A DNA stretch of 64,000 nucleotides from Phycisphaerae bacterium (GTDB lineage: Bacteria; Planctomycetota; Phycisphaerae; UBA1845). The DNA lies in NCBI GenBank assembly GCA_963666835.2, contig CAXXGO010000003.1, forward strand, positions 416,001 through 480,000. The letters are read 5' to 3'. The translations under genes were made by a program, and so were the position numbers. The stretch's first letter is position 1. Each line of letters starts with the position of its first letter. The notes under the pieces were generated by a model. The model was not told the origin of the DNA, ran no database searches, and worked only from the letters and a program-made list of their open reading frames with translations. Positions 11,846-21,903 of the stretch are shown one piece after another.

Positions 11846-14800
11846 CTACGGGCAGTCCGCCGGGGCGGGGAACGGGTACGGCTCGCCCTTGAACCCGGCC
11901 ACGGCTTGCTGGACGTCCGTCATGTTGACGATTGCGTTAGGCGTCTGGCCGTCGAGATCGCACCACGTCAACGGCGGTGCACTCGAGGTAGACGAGAAAC
12001 ACTGAAGCACGGCCATAATGTCGCTCATATTGACGGTCCCCTGCGGCTCGGTCCACGCGGCCCCGCCGAAGTCGCCCACCACGTCGGCCCAGTACTTCAC
12101 GCCCGGCTGCGGGATCGTGGTCACCGTCAGCGGGTCGGTGAGTATCTCACCATTGCAGGTTGCGCTGACCTCATACGTTGCGGCCGGCACCACGTGGCAA
12201 TCGCCGACGTGCACCGTCGCCGGCCAGGCGGAGCTGTAGTACGCCTCCGCAGCCAACCGGCAGATGTCGTCCGCATCCGGCTCGCCGACCCAGCCGTCGA
12301 AACCAACCGAACCGGGGAAGTAGTCACTGGCCGTCAGCTCCACGTGGAACGCCACGGGCTCGCCCGCGTTGTTCGGTTGGAAGGACAGATACCGGTTCTT
12401 CGGAGTCGCCACGGCCTCTGCGGCCGGCGATTCGATGGTCATAACGGGGATCAGGGCGCCGCCTCCGGCCGAGTCGATCACGGTCACTCCGCTGTCCGGG
12501 GCGTACGGGTCTTCAGGCGTCACCGTCACGTAGTAGACGTGGGAGCCGGCCAGGTCCAGGGTCGTGCCTTCATCGAGGACCAACTGTTCAACGTACACGG
12601 CCTCGGCCCCGGCGCCGGCGGCGTTGTCGTGGTCGTCAACAAGCTGGACAGTCGTGGCTGTGGGGCCGATGCGGATCCCGCCGAACGAGAAGAGAGACGG
12701 ATCGGGCAGGACCACGCAAGCGCCCACGTCCTCCGCAAGCACCTCGATTAACTGCGGATCATCCTCCGGCAGACCGACGAGCTGCAACGTGCCTGCTGTA
12801 ATGTTGAGCCGGGCCGGGTCGTTGATAGCAACGTCGAAGTCGCCCACCAGCTTCAGCGTTCCGTTGGCGACCTGCAGCGATCCCGGGGCGGCGGCCTGAT
12901 AGTCACCCAGAACGGTAAGGCCGTCGTTCCCGCTGCGGCCGAAGAAATCACCCACAATGGTCCCCGAGCCGGTCAGCGAGCCGAGAATCGTCAGGAGCCC
13001 GCTCTGGATCGTCACGAGGCCGTTGTTGACCAGATCGCCGACGATCTCCGTATCCGCCACGAAGGTCATCTCGCCGCCGTTCGTCGCGTCGGAGTCCACC
13101 GTGCCGAAACCGTAGATCAGCGCGGACGGGTCGTTGGTCAGGCTGGGGGCCCCGAGGGAGCCTCCCAGGATCGTGACGGTCCCGCCGGCCAGGTTCGTCA
13201 GCGCGGCGTCGAACAGCACACCGGCCTGCGTGTTGATCTCCAGCTGACCGCCTTGCGTCACCTCCGTTGATGCAACGTATACCAACGAACCGAACGGCGC
13301 ACCTACAAGCCCGGATGCCTGGTTTTGGAAAATGCTCCCGGAGAACAGCAGCATTCCCCCGGCCGCGCCGCTGATCTCGCCCTGGTTGACGAAGTCGGCC
13401 GACACCTCGCCGGATCCCGAGACGCTGCCACCCGCGTTGATTACGACCCCGCCTTCGAGCACCGTGCCCTGCAACTCGATTTCACCGCCGGCGGATATGG
13501 TGGTCGTGTTGTGCACCACGAGTTCCGCGAAGTTCTCAATCCGAAGGAACTGCCGGCCGGCGCTCGTAGCCCCGATCGCCAGGGTGCAGATCTCCCGCGA
13601 GCCGGATCCGCTCAGAATGCTCCGGTTGTCTACCTCCGTAACGTTCGACAGCACCGCATCGCCGCCAACCCCGGGCACCCCGGCCGGGTCCCAGTTCGCC
13701 AGTTCCTCAAACGACCCGTCTCCTGGCCCGACCCACCCGAAGGAGCCGTACCCGGCCTCGCACTCGTCGGGGACACCGCCGCTGTCGCAATCCGGACTCG
13801 TGCCCGCTGCGATGTCGCATTCGTCCGGGACGAGGTTCGCGTTGCAGTCCAAGCTCGTGCCCTCGCCGATGTCGCAGATGTCGCGGACCGCGTTCGTGTT
13901 GCAGTCTTCATCCGGCTGACACTCATCCGGCACATAGTCGAAGTTGCAGTCGTCGCTCGTACCGTCGGCGATGTCGCAGCCGTCCATTACGGAATTTCCG
14001 TTGCAGTCTTCGTCGGCCGGGTAAACGTGCGCGATCAGGATGTCGCCGTCGCTGCCGAGCCTTTCTTCGAAGTCTTCGTGTGAAGACCACACGGCAATCC
14101 AGCGCCCGTCTCGGTCGCTGGCCACGTGCGAGTCCTCGTCCGTCCCTTCATCCCCAAAGGCGTTGCTGTTCAGGACTTGCGACGCACTCCAAGTCTCGCC
14201 GTTATCAAGACTGTACGAGACAAGAATCTCGGTATCCTCGCCGGTCGTATCCCTCAAATCGTAACTGCCCCACACCGCAATCCACGCTCCATGCTCATTT
14301 GTGGTGAGGGACGGATCGCTATCGCCATAGCTCTGGGAGGAACCCGCGTTGCTGTTGAGTGCTGCCGGTGCTGTCCACGTATTTCCGTCATCGGAGCTTC
14401 GGGCAAACAGGATGTCACGGTCGCTGCCAATCGTCCCGTCGAGATCGTCGTTTGAGTCCCACACCGCGACCCAGTGCCCCACGCCGTCGGCAATCAACAC
14501 TACGTTCGAGTCGGTGCCAGTATCGGTTGCTGCGTTTGTGTTTAGGGGTGCCGGGGTCGACCATGACGCGCCGTTATCCGAGCTTTGTGCCACCAAGATG
14601 TCCTGGTCTGTCCCGAGCGGGTCGCCGGACAAGTTTCTGGACTGCCACGCCACTATCCAGCGTCCCGAACTATCTGTGGCGACGTGTGGATACGCGTCTT
14701 CCCGGTTGTCCGTGCCAGCCCCAACGTCCAACGGAAGTGCCGCCGACCACGTCTGCCCATCATCTGCACTACGCGAGAGGAGAATGTCCTGATCACTACC

Positions 14801-16300
14801 AATAGTCCCTCCAAGGTCATCCTCCGAAAACCACGTGGCCAACCAAGTTCCCTGCCCATCTGCTGCGAGTTGGACATCGTAGTCTCCAGAGTCGTCGCCG
14901 ACCGCATTGCTGTTCAACGCCACCGGGTGACTCCAAGTCGCTCCGTTGTCAGAGCTGCGAGTGAACAGAATATCCCAATCGGAATCGATCATCCCGCCCA
15001 GGCTATTGGCGGAACGCCACGCAACTACCCAGTTGCCCAGGCCATCGGTGGAAACCGTGGGCTGCTTATCGCTAGCATCGTCCGTCATTGCAGTCGCGTG
15101 GACCGGTACGGGTGCTGACCAGGTCATCCCATCGTCAGTGCTTCGAGAGAACAGGATGTCCCAGTCATCGCCAACGGTCCAGTCAAGCCGATCATTGGAC
15201 TCCCATACCACTATCCACGTGCCCTGGCCGTCGGCCGCAATCTGGGAATGGTCATCCTCGCCGGTGTCATCCACGGCATTCGTATTCAGCGGCTCCGGGT
15301 AGCTGATTACGGGGCACCAGGTCCTCGGCAAAGCCTCCGGGACATTGGCGACACGAAAGCCGTTGTTGTAATGCTCAAATGTCGGGTCACCGGACTTGCG
15401 GTGCGCCGCGAGCATGTAGCGATCGTAGCCGTGAAACGCCCCACCGCGGAAACCACGGCGCGTCCCGAAGAGTATGGCTTCGTTCCACTCATAGACATTG
15501 CCGCCCTGGTCGAACGTACCATACGGGCTTTCCGAGTTTTCGAAGTCGCCGGACTCGCTGCGGTAGTAAGGCGGGCCTAAGGCATAGACTAGGCCGAGCG
15601 TAGCGAAGTTCGCATTGTTGCCCGGATCGGGATCGACCAGTTCGTTGCTCGGCACATCATCCGTGCCCGTAGGGTAGTTGTAGTACGCGCCACTGCCACC
15701 ATCGTAGTACGCTGCTTTGTACCATTCGTCCTCGGTCGGGATTACGAAGTGCGCATCCGGTTCGCGCACGACGGCCAACAACTCCACGTCCATCGTCTCG
15801 CCGTTGACGTAATACGATCCGTCCTCTGTGGTACTCAGATCCTGAGGACCTGTCGGTTGCCCGTTCTGGAGCCAGTTGCAGAACCGGGCCGCGTCGCCCC
15901 ATGAGACATAGTTGACCGGCCGGTCGGCCCAGTCGGGAGCGATAGTGTAGCTATAGCTGCCAGGCGAGCCGCTACGTTGGATATTGCACCCCCACACTTC
16001 CTCGGTGGACGGATCAGCCATGTCCTCGTGGTACAGCCCATACGTGTCCGTTGCCGCCACCGCGTTGAGAAACTCGCAGTACTGCCCGGCCGTAACCTCG
16101 AACTTGCCGATGTCGAAGACGTAGTCTACCGATCCACAGACGCGGTCCGGGCCGTATCCGTCCGGCACACTCTCCCCCGATTCTTCGCCGAAGTTCCCCG
16201 GATTGCCCACGGTCACCGTCTCGATGACCACCTCGGCCCGACCGACTGACGCGCAGACCACGACCAGCAACAACACGGAAAGCACACGAGGACTCGACAT
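11846..16300 (-). CDS. Secreted protein: FGE-sulfatase domain, BNR/Asp-box (sialidase-like) propeller, DCNxNxxPDxCD repeats, beta-helix, conserved C-terminal dockerin-like domain
   Basis: Signal peptide and FGE motifs. Six SxDxGxTW Asp-boxes. C-terminal KNRY...YWADVVGDF...VNMTDVQQAVAGFKGEPYP shared with 26559..30131. Confidence 0.85.
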   Translation of the reverse strand: MSSPRVLSVLLLVVVCASVGRAEVVIETVTVGNPGNFGEESGESVPDGYGPDRVCGSVDYVFDIGKFEVTAGQYCEFLNAVAATDTYGLYHEDMADPSTEEVWGCNIQRSGSPGSYSYTIAPDWADRPVNYVSWGDAARFCNWLQNGQPTGPQDLSTTEDGSYYVNGETMDVELLAVVREPDAHFVIPTEDEWYKAAYYDGGSGAYYNYPTGTDDVPSNELVDPDPGNNANFATLGLVYALGPPYYRSESGDFENSESPYGTFDQGGNVYEWNEAILFGTRRGFRGGAFHGYDRYMLAAHRKSGDPTFEHYNNGFRVANVPEALPRTWCPVISYPEPLNTNAVDDTGEDDHSQIAADGQGTWIVVWESNDRLDWTVGDDWDILFSRSTDDGMTWSAPVPVHATAMTDDASDKQPTVSTDGLGNWVVAWRSANSLGGMIDSDWDILFTRSSDNGATWSHPVALNSNAVGDDSGDYDVQLAADGQGTWLATWFSEDDLGGTIGSDQDILLSRSADDGQTWSAALPLDVGAGTDNREDAYPHVATDSSGRWIVAWQSRNLSGDPLGTDQDILVAQSSDNGASWSTPAPLNTNAATDTGTDSNVVLIADGVGHWVAVWDSNDDLDGTIGSDRDILFARSSDDGNTWTAPAALNSNAGSSQSYGDSDPSLTTNEHGAWIAVWGSYDLRDTTGEDTEILVSYSLDNGETWSASQVLNSNAFGDEGTDEDSHVASDRDGRWIAVWSSHEDFEERLGSDGDILIAHVYPADEDCNGNSVMDGCDIADGTSDDCNFDYVPDECQPDEDCNTNAVRDICDIGEGTSLDCNANLVPDECDIAAGTSPDCDSGGVPDECEAGYGSFGWVGPGDGSFEELANWDPAGVPGVGGDAVLSNVTEVDNRSILSGSGSREICTLAIGATSAGRQFLRIENFAELVVHNTTTISAGGEIELQGTVLEGGVVINAGGSVSGSGEVSADFVNQGEISGAAGGMLLFSGSIFQNQASGLVGAPFGSLVYVASTEVTQGGQLEINTQAGVLFDAALTNLAGGTVTILGGSLGAPSLTNDPSALIYGFGTVDSDATNGGEMTFVADTEIVGDLVNNGLVTIQSGLLTILGSLTGSGTIVGDFFGRSGNDGLTVLGDYQAAAPGSLQVANGTLKLVGDFDVAINDPARLNITAGTLQLVGLPEDDPQLIEVLAEDVGACVVLPDPSLFSFGGIRIGPTATTVQLVDDHDNAAGAGAEAVYVEQLVLDEGTTLDLAGSHVYYVTVTPEDPYAPDSGVTVIDSAGGGALIPVMTIESPAAEAVATPKNRYLSFQPNNAGEPVAFHVELTASDYFPGSVGFDGWVGEPDADDICRLAAEAYYSSAWPATVHVGDCHVVPAATYEVSATCNGEILTDPLTVTTIPQPGVKYWADVVGDFGGAAWTEPQGTVNMSDIMAVLQCFSSTSSAPPLTWCDLDGQTPNAIVNMTDVQQAVAGFKGEPYPFPAPADCP

Positions 16301-16429
16301 ACCTTAACCTCCGGAAGATGAGACCCGCGCATCCGCCAGGGCGGCATAGTTCCGACCCGGCCGGCGCGATGACCAAACCCTGATAATACGGAACCCCGGC
16401 CGAACATACCAAGCGAAAACAGTACTACT
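16301..16429 (-). promoter_or_regulatory. Conserved promoter/5' leader, copy 2
   Basis: AGTAGTACT exactly 120 nt before ATG 16300. Aligns without gaps to copy 1 (ATCGCGC, TGCCGCC, GCGGGTCT, GGAGG). Confidence 0.7.
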
Positions 16430-16705
16430 TCAGCGGGATTGTGGCCTGGGGTCATCGACCCGGAAGGCCCCCTACGGACCGGTCGGCCCATGATGGACTC
16501 CGCCCGGCCGGCGTGCGGTAATCTCAATAACCGTGCCGATCGCTCTGGTCCCACCCCGAATAACGAGGTGGATATCTCCCGACCTCAGCTCAGTACCAAG
16601 AGAACACCCCCAGAACTCGGGACTGAGCCCGGAGGGCGCACACTATTCCGAGGCGCGCCCCGAAACCAGTCGACTTCGGTGACCCCTGCCCCTAGGATGC
16701 TCCCC

Positions 16706-17549
16706 ATGACGGCAGTGTCCAACGATACCGCGACCCAGGAACCCCGCTGCCCGAATTGCGGCTACTCCCTGGTCGGGTTGCCGGAGTTTCGTTGCCCCGA
16801 GTGCGGCGCGCCTTTCGACGCGGAGTATCTTCAGGACGCCGCCCCACCTGCTCCCCTGGGAGCGGCCCGAGGTCGGCGGAAGACTCAGACGGATGACTCG
16901 GACAGTAATCAACGCATCACTCCACCCTGGCCGGTTCTTCACGGCCGTCAGCCAACGCAAGGATCGCCGGATATCCGGCGCGGGTTCGTTCGTCGTTGCG
17001 TGCTTCCTCGCAGCCGTGTGCCTTCATGTCGCGGCGTTCGTTTTGAGGTATTTCGTCATCTTCCTCGAATCGGCATTCAGATTCGGCGATCCGCTGAGGG
17101 CCTTGGACTTGGTTGCAGCAACGATCGGGACAGTCGCCCCAACGGCGTGGTTCATGCCGTCTCTTCTGACCCTGCCGCTGCTCCTGTCCGTCTTCCCCAT
17201 CGCGTTTCTCCTCACGCGCCTGTTTCGGAGTCATTCCGGCGCACTTCGGACCACGGACTTCGCCGCGCTTCTGAGCCCGGCCATCACGCTTGGGGCGTTC
17301 ATCGCCGCCGTCACCGACGTCCTCCAGACGCCTCTCCAACATGCCTCCACGGTCCTCTCCACGCTGAAGGCCTACGGCGGGGACGCGGCCCTGCTCTTGC
17401 TTGTCTGGCATCTGTGCCGGAAGCTGCTGGCCCTGAGTCGCGTGCGGACCGGGGCGATGGTCGTGGTGTGCTGGGTCCTACTACATGGCGTCTACGTTGC
17501 CGTTGACTCGGTCCTCACGTCGCTGTTGTGGTCGATGATCTTCCCGTGA
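16706..17549 (+). pseudogene. N-terminal zinc ribbon plus multi-TM (Yip1-like) membrane protein, frameshifted near 16840
   Basis: RCPNCGYSLVGLPEFRCPECG lies in one frame. PHLLPWERPE...MTRTVINASLHPGRFF and about five TM helices continue in the frame of ORF 16893..17549. Confidence 0.65.
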
Positions 17550-17601
17550 CTCTCAAGGTGGTCAAGTGCTGTGCCTGATAGCCCGCAGAACGCCGCAGTA
17601 G

Positions 17602-18096
17602 TCACCCGCCCTCATCCTCCGGAGGCTGGGGTATCGCGCTGCTGGCGGCCGTTTGCCGGGGCACGGGCGTCCCACACTCCGAACATCGGCCCGAGACGTT
17701 CCCCGTCAAGTCATACCCGCACTTCGCACAATAGCCCGGCGGAATCCGGCGGTCGCGACGCCAGGCCAGGAATGTCGGGACTCCGATCACGACCAGGGGG
17801 ATCCAGAGAGGGACCTCAAAAATCAACCATACAGGATAACCGCCCTGGCTCTCGGGCAATAAGAAAACCGTCGGCCTATCTCTCCTGCGGCACTCCCAGC
17901 CTCGCGGGACCGAAGGGTGGAATCCACCTGAGTCGTATTCGAAGCCGGCAACCCCCGCGCCAAGGCCGCCCCCGCAATTCTGACCGGTGTAGCGACAGTA
18001 CCACCATGGGGTTATGACCATGGCCAGAAACAGGACCACGCACGCCACCAGCCCCGCCCACTTCAGGAACCGCCGTTTCCGAGAGATGGTCCGCAT
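17602..18096 (-). CDS. Membrane protein with C-terminal zinc ribbon (array member)
   Basis: Two TM segments, then PPGYCAKCGYDLTGNVSGRCSECG. Confidence 0.8.
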   Translation of the reverse strand: MRTISRKRRFLKWAGLVACVVLFLAMVITPWWYCRYTGQNCGGGLGAGVAGFEYDSGGFHPSVPRGWECRRRDRPTVFLLPESQGGYPVWLIFEVPLWIPLVVIGVPTFLAWRRDRRIPPGYCAKCGYDLTGNVSGRCSECGTPVPRQTAASSAIPQPPEDEGG

Positions 18097-18101
18097 GGTG
18101 G

Positions 18102-18587
18102 TTATCCGGGAGCCTCATCCTGCTTGGGATCGATCGGGACGCCGCACTCGGGACAGACGCCCGTGATGTTGCCGGTTAAGTCGTAACCGCAGCCGACGCA
18201 GAGGCCACGTTTCAGTCGGTAGCGCCTGATGGTACGAGGTAGTAACGGATAGGCGACAACCGGAAGCAAGACAAGAAGAGATAGATGGAGCGGCACTCTG
18301 ACCCGCCACTGGCTCGGCACTGAAAAGTCGATACTAGGCAGCATTTGCCAGGGCACATATGCCGGGGGGTGGTATGCGTGAAATGCACCGTACCAGGGCA
18401 GAGTGTCCAAAGGCGTTCCTGAAGGAGCCCAGTATGGGTTGCAGCCCAGCATACCATGCTGGAAGTAGACGTAGACGCGGTAACCGGGATCCCACCAGCC
18501 AACGATCCAACGGAAACTCAGCGCTATGGCCACGAGCACAAGGGCCGTCCCGGCGAGCGCCACCCACCATCGCCTGCGAAAGGTCAC
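18102..18587 (-). CDS. Membrane protein with C-terminal zinc ribbon (array member)
   Basis: GTG 18587 overlaps the upstream TGA (GTGA). Ends KRGLCVGCGYDLTGNITGVCPECG. Confidence 0.8.
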   Translation of the reverse strand: MTFRRRWWVALAGTALVLVAIALSFRWIVGWWDPGYRVYVYFQHGMLGCNPYWAPSGTPLDTLPWYGAFHAYHPPAYVPWQMLPSIDFSVPSQWRVRVPLHLSLLVLLPVVAYPLLPRTIRRYRLKRGLCVGCGYDLTGNITGVCPECGVPIDPKQDEAPG

Positions 18588-19135
18588 CGCACATCCTCCC
18601 CGCATTCTGAGCAGACGCCGGACTCGTTGCCGGTCAGGTTGTAGCCGCAGCTGATGCACAGACCTCGCTTCCGGCGACGGCGGCGGCGAAGGGGACCGCG
18701 GATGAAGGCGACGGCGGGGAAGATGGAGAACATGACAGCCACGAGCCATGTAGGTAGTGCCAGCGCGCGAATGTGCATGCGCGGTTCCATTGGCATGGGG
18801 ATACTCATACAGCAGAAATCAAGGATACAAGCCCCAAACGGTCCGCCTGGGTCCAGTATCTCATGAAGGGCATCTACATGGGGCCAGTGCTTGTTATACC
18901 AAAACTCGTCTCGGACATGGACAAACATCTCCGTGGCAGCCCGCAAATCGTTCCCCTCGGCTGTCCAACTATACAAGTAAACGACGCCGACCCCATCTCG
19001 TATGTCGAACATCGCCTGCGCGCGACTCATCGGACGACTCATCCAGAACACGCGATCGGTGTAGCTCCAGAGAGAGATGACGATGAACAAGCCCGTGAAC
19101 ATCAGCGATAGACCCAATAGGGCTTTGCGAAGCAC
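18584..19135 (-). CDS. Membrane protein with C-terminal zinc ribbon (array member)
   Basis: Probable GTG start VLRKALLG. Ends RGPLRRRRRRKRGLCISCGYNLTGNESGVCSECG. Confidence 0.8.
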   Translation of the reverse strand: MLRKALLGLSLMFTGLFIVISLWSYTDRVFWMSRPMSRAQAMFDIRDGVGVVYLYSWTAEGNDLRAATEMFVHVRDEFWYNKHWPHVDALHEILDPGGPFGACILDFCCMSIPMPMEPRMHIRALALPTWLVAVMFSIFPAVAFIRGPLRRRRRRKRGLCISCGYNLTGNESGVCSECGEDVR

Positions 19136-19245
19136 GTTCGATCCCCTGTCCCATGGACACTCGTCACCAGAACCCCAGGAGTACCTTGGGGCCCGCTCAC
19201 GCCCTCGCATCCCGCACCACCTCGCCTCTCGCTCTCACTCGCAAG

Positions 19246-19480
19246 CTATCGCATCATCATAATACCGCGTCCCCTGCTGGCGCCTTCGGTGGGATTGTAG
19301 CCACAGGTAATACAGTGGCTGTCCTTGCGGCCACCGCGAGGCATGGGGCCATGAGCCAGGAAAGCGCGAGGGCGGCCAACGGCAGAAGCACGACCGAACG
19401 ATCGGTACCCGATCCACAAGCAGTCAGGCGGATGCCCCAGCGTCCGCCAGTCGGCCCCCGCCCCAGTGGAAAACGCACAG
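19246..19480 (-). pseudogene. Degenerate C-terminal remnant of a zinc-ribbon membrane gene
   Basis: TM-like VVLLPLAALAL in one frame and GPxxRxxRKxxHCITCGYNPT in another; the second Cys pair is lost. Confidence 0.5.
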
Positions 19481-19502
19481 CTACGCCACACCCGCTCTGG
19501 AA

Positions 19503-20618
19503 CTATGGTCGATCATCGGGGCCCTCTGAATGCCCTATATCGCGAACAACGCGGAAACCGACGATCTGTCGGAAGCCCACCTCTTCCCCCGAGAAGGGAA
19601 CACGGTCAAGGAGAGGCAGCGGGAAGCGAGCGGTGGATGTGCATGCCAGCGGGTTATCTGCCAGCCACGCACCGCTTCGAAGAACGTGAGTCCACCCAGC
19701 TGGCGGCCCCACCGGATCAACCATGAGGCCCTTCGCCTCGCATTCCAAGTAATAGGAATTGGAGAACCAGTCATGTACCCACTCAGCAACGTTGCCATGC
19801 ATGTCGTAGATTCCCCACGCGTTTGGTTTTAGTCCTGCCACGCGGGAGGCGCGTCCAATGTCCCTCTTGCACCACCCGTAGTCGGCAAGTCCGAAGCGGA
19901 AACGTCCAAACGACCACTGGGTATCGGTGCCTGCCCGACAAGCGTATTCCCATTCAGCTTCGGTTGGCAGCCGGTAGACCGCGTCTTCCTTCTGAGAGAG
20001 AGTATCGCAGAAGCGGCGCGCTTGTTCCCACGTTACCCCCACCGCCGGAGAGTCAGGATCCGGCGAATACGCGCTTGCTTTGAACGACGGGGACAGCTGC
20101 TGCATCTCCTCGTTGGTTACCTCGGTAACCGCGATGAAGAACGAACGGGAGATTCTGACGGGATGGGCAACATCTTCTTCATATATCCTGTGTTTGTCCG
20201 GCCCCATTGTGAACTCACCGGGGGCAATCTGAACAAACCTCATCCCCAGCGTGTTTACACGGGCGGCCACCCAGACCTGACCGCGGTTCACAGGATCTCT
20301 CTCGGCGATTCGCCCCAGGGCCTGTGTGGCCGGATACCAATCCGCACGCTTGCTCTGTTTCGTCAGGCTAACCAACTGAGCGAATTCGCTTGGGCTCTGC
20401 TCGCTGTGCCCCTCATCCGGCTGGGCGTGGGCCACACTCGACGCGGTCGAGACGATGGCAAGCGCCATCAACAACTGCGTGATCGCGATGCCAGAAGCAG
20501 CCTTACCTATCGCGTCTCTTCGGCCGATCGAGAACCGAGCAACCTCACGATCAGACTCTGGTGAAGTCGGGCACTGGCCCTGCTTGCCTATCATCTTGTC
20601 GCCTCCACTTTCAGTCAC
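19503..20618 (-). CDS. Formylglycine-generating enzyme family (FGE-sulfatase) protein, classical type
   Basis: NTLGMRFVQIAPGEFTMG, TEVTN, YRLPTEAEWEYACRAG, PNAWGIYDMHGNVAEW, RSGAW...GFRVV. Confidence 0.85.
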   Translation of the reverse strand: MTESGGDKMIGKQGQCPTSPESDREVARFSIGRRDAIGKAASGIAITQLLMALAIVSTASSVAHAQPDEGHSEQSPSEFAQLVSLTKQSKRADWYPATQALGRIAERDPVNRGQVWVAARVNTLGMRFVQIAPGEFTMGPDKHRIYEEDVAHPVRISRSFFIAVTEVTNEEMQQLSPSFKASAYSPDPDSPAVGVTWEQARRFCDTLSQKEDAVYRLPTEAEWEYACRAGTDTQWSFGRFRFGLADYGWCKRDIGRASRVAGLKPNAWGIYDMHGNVAEWVHDWFSNSYYLECEAKGLMVDPVGPPAGWTHVLRSGAWLADNPLACTSTARFPLPLLDRVPFSGEEVGFRQIVGFRVVRDIGHSEGPDDRP

Positions 20619-20720
20619 GCCACAACAGACCAGATGATCTACCGCGTCGCGGGCTCCTCTTCCATCTCGCTCGCTGGTCGCCCCCGCGCATTGGGGCGCC
20701 GGCCAGATGCCCGAACGACT

Positions 20721-20810
20721 TCATCCCATCCAATTATCCACCGTTAGCACTCCAAGCGTCAACCCGACGATGACGGCCACGCGCAGCACCCTGAGGATCT
20801 TACGAATCAC
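20721..20810 (-). pseudogene. Truncated N-terminal remnant (29 aa) of a zinc-ribbon membrane gene
   Basis: VIRKILRVLRVAVIVGLTLGVLT resembles VIRKFLRVFRVTVVVGLTLGAAL of 21373..21903. It starts at a GTGA overlap and stops early. Confidence 0.65.
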
Positions 20811-21376
20811 TGCGGAATCTCCGAACCGCACTCAGGGCAGACTCCCGAGGCGTTCCCCTCTAGGCTGTACCCACACGTCAGGCACAAGCCTCGCTTTCTT
20901 CGACGCCACCTGCGAACCGGGCCACGCACTAAGACAAGCCCCGGATACGCTGCCAGGACGACGAACGGGAACCAGCTTGGCATCTCAATCGCCCGGGTCA
21001 CTTCTGACGGACCGGGACCCGCGATAGATTTCTCCACCGCCCATGCAAGGCTCCCGAGGCCAATCCGCCTGACCGTCACGCCTCTCGGATCCTCCGCTCG
21101 GTTTATGAGTACCACGCTGACTCGGTCTGGCCTGACCCCAACCAGCAGGACGCGATTAAACGAGACCGCCCCTCCACGTTCGCGCCCGTTCAACCTCTCA
21201 GTGCCGAAGCTCAGCGAGAACACACTTATGGAGTGGCGCGGCAGCCGAAAGACATGCATTCTCTGATCTTCGGACATCCAGCCAAAGTTGGCTCCCGGGA
21301 ACGCCAGGACCACCCACGCGACGGCGTAGACAACCGCCCCCAGCACGCACCCGAATAGGATCGTCTTGCGGATCAT
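20807..21376 (-). CDS. Membrane protein with C-terminal zinc ribbon (array member)
   Basis: ATG 21376 in an ATGA overlap. Ends RGPVRRWRRRKRGLCLTCGYSLEGNASGVCPECG. Confidence 0.8.
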   Translation of the reverse strand: MIRKTILFGCVLGAVVYAVAWVVLAFPGANFGWMSEDQRMHVFRLPRHSISVFSLSFGTERLNGRERGGAVSFNRVLLVGVRPDRVSVVLINRAEDPRGVTVRRIGLGSLAWAVEKSIAGPGPSEVTRAIEMPSWFPFVVLAAYPGLVLVRGPVRRWRRRKRGLCLTCGYSLEGNASGVCPECGSEIPQ

Positions 21377-21903
21377 GAGGTGGTTGCCCTCCCGCATTCG
21401 GGGCAGGTGCCGGAGGTGTTGCCGGTGAGGTTGTAGCCGCAGGCGAGGCATAGCCCACGCTTCCGGCGACGGTGACGACGGAGTGGGCCGCGGTAGAAAA
21501 CCGCCGACGGATAAGCTCCGAATAGGACGACGGGCAGCAAGAGCCCAACTAAGATACGATCCGCCTTCATGTGCACTCCAGCGTTGGGTGCCGAGTTGGG
21601 GAATGTGAAACCGCTCTCGTCGCATCCCAACACGACAAGCCGCAACTGCGGTAGCACGACCCAATGTGTCCGTCGAGTTTTCTGTGCCGTATCCACCACC
21701 GTGTACCGCCAGAAATTGACCCTGCCATCGACGAAAACTACCACAAACTGCTGTTCACCAACGACGAACAAAGGTCGGTCAGGGATCATCACCTCGACCT
21801 GCGTGAAGAACCCGACAATGCCACACCCCAGCGTGAGGGCTGCCCCCAACGTCAACCCAACGACGACGGTCACGCGGAACACTCTGAGGAACTTGCGGAT
21901 CAC
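21373..21903 (-). CDS. Membrane protein with C-terminal zinc ribbon (array member)
   Basis: GTG 21903 in a GTGA overlap. Ends RGPLRRHRRRKRGLCLACGYNLTGNTSGTCPECG. Confidence 0.8.
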   Translation of the reverse strand: MIRKFLRVFRVTVVVGLTLGAALTLGCGIVGFFTQVEVMIPDRPLFVVGEQQFVVVFVDGRVNFWRYTVVDTAQKTRRTHWVVLPQLRLVVLGCDESGFTFPNSAPNAGVHMKADRILVGLLLPVVLFGAYPSAVFYRGPLRRHRRRKRGLCLACGYNLTGNTSGTCPECGRATTS

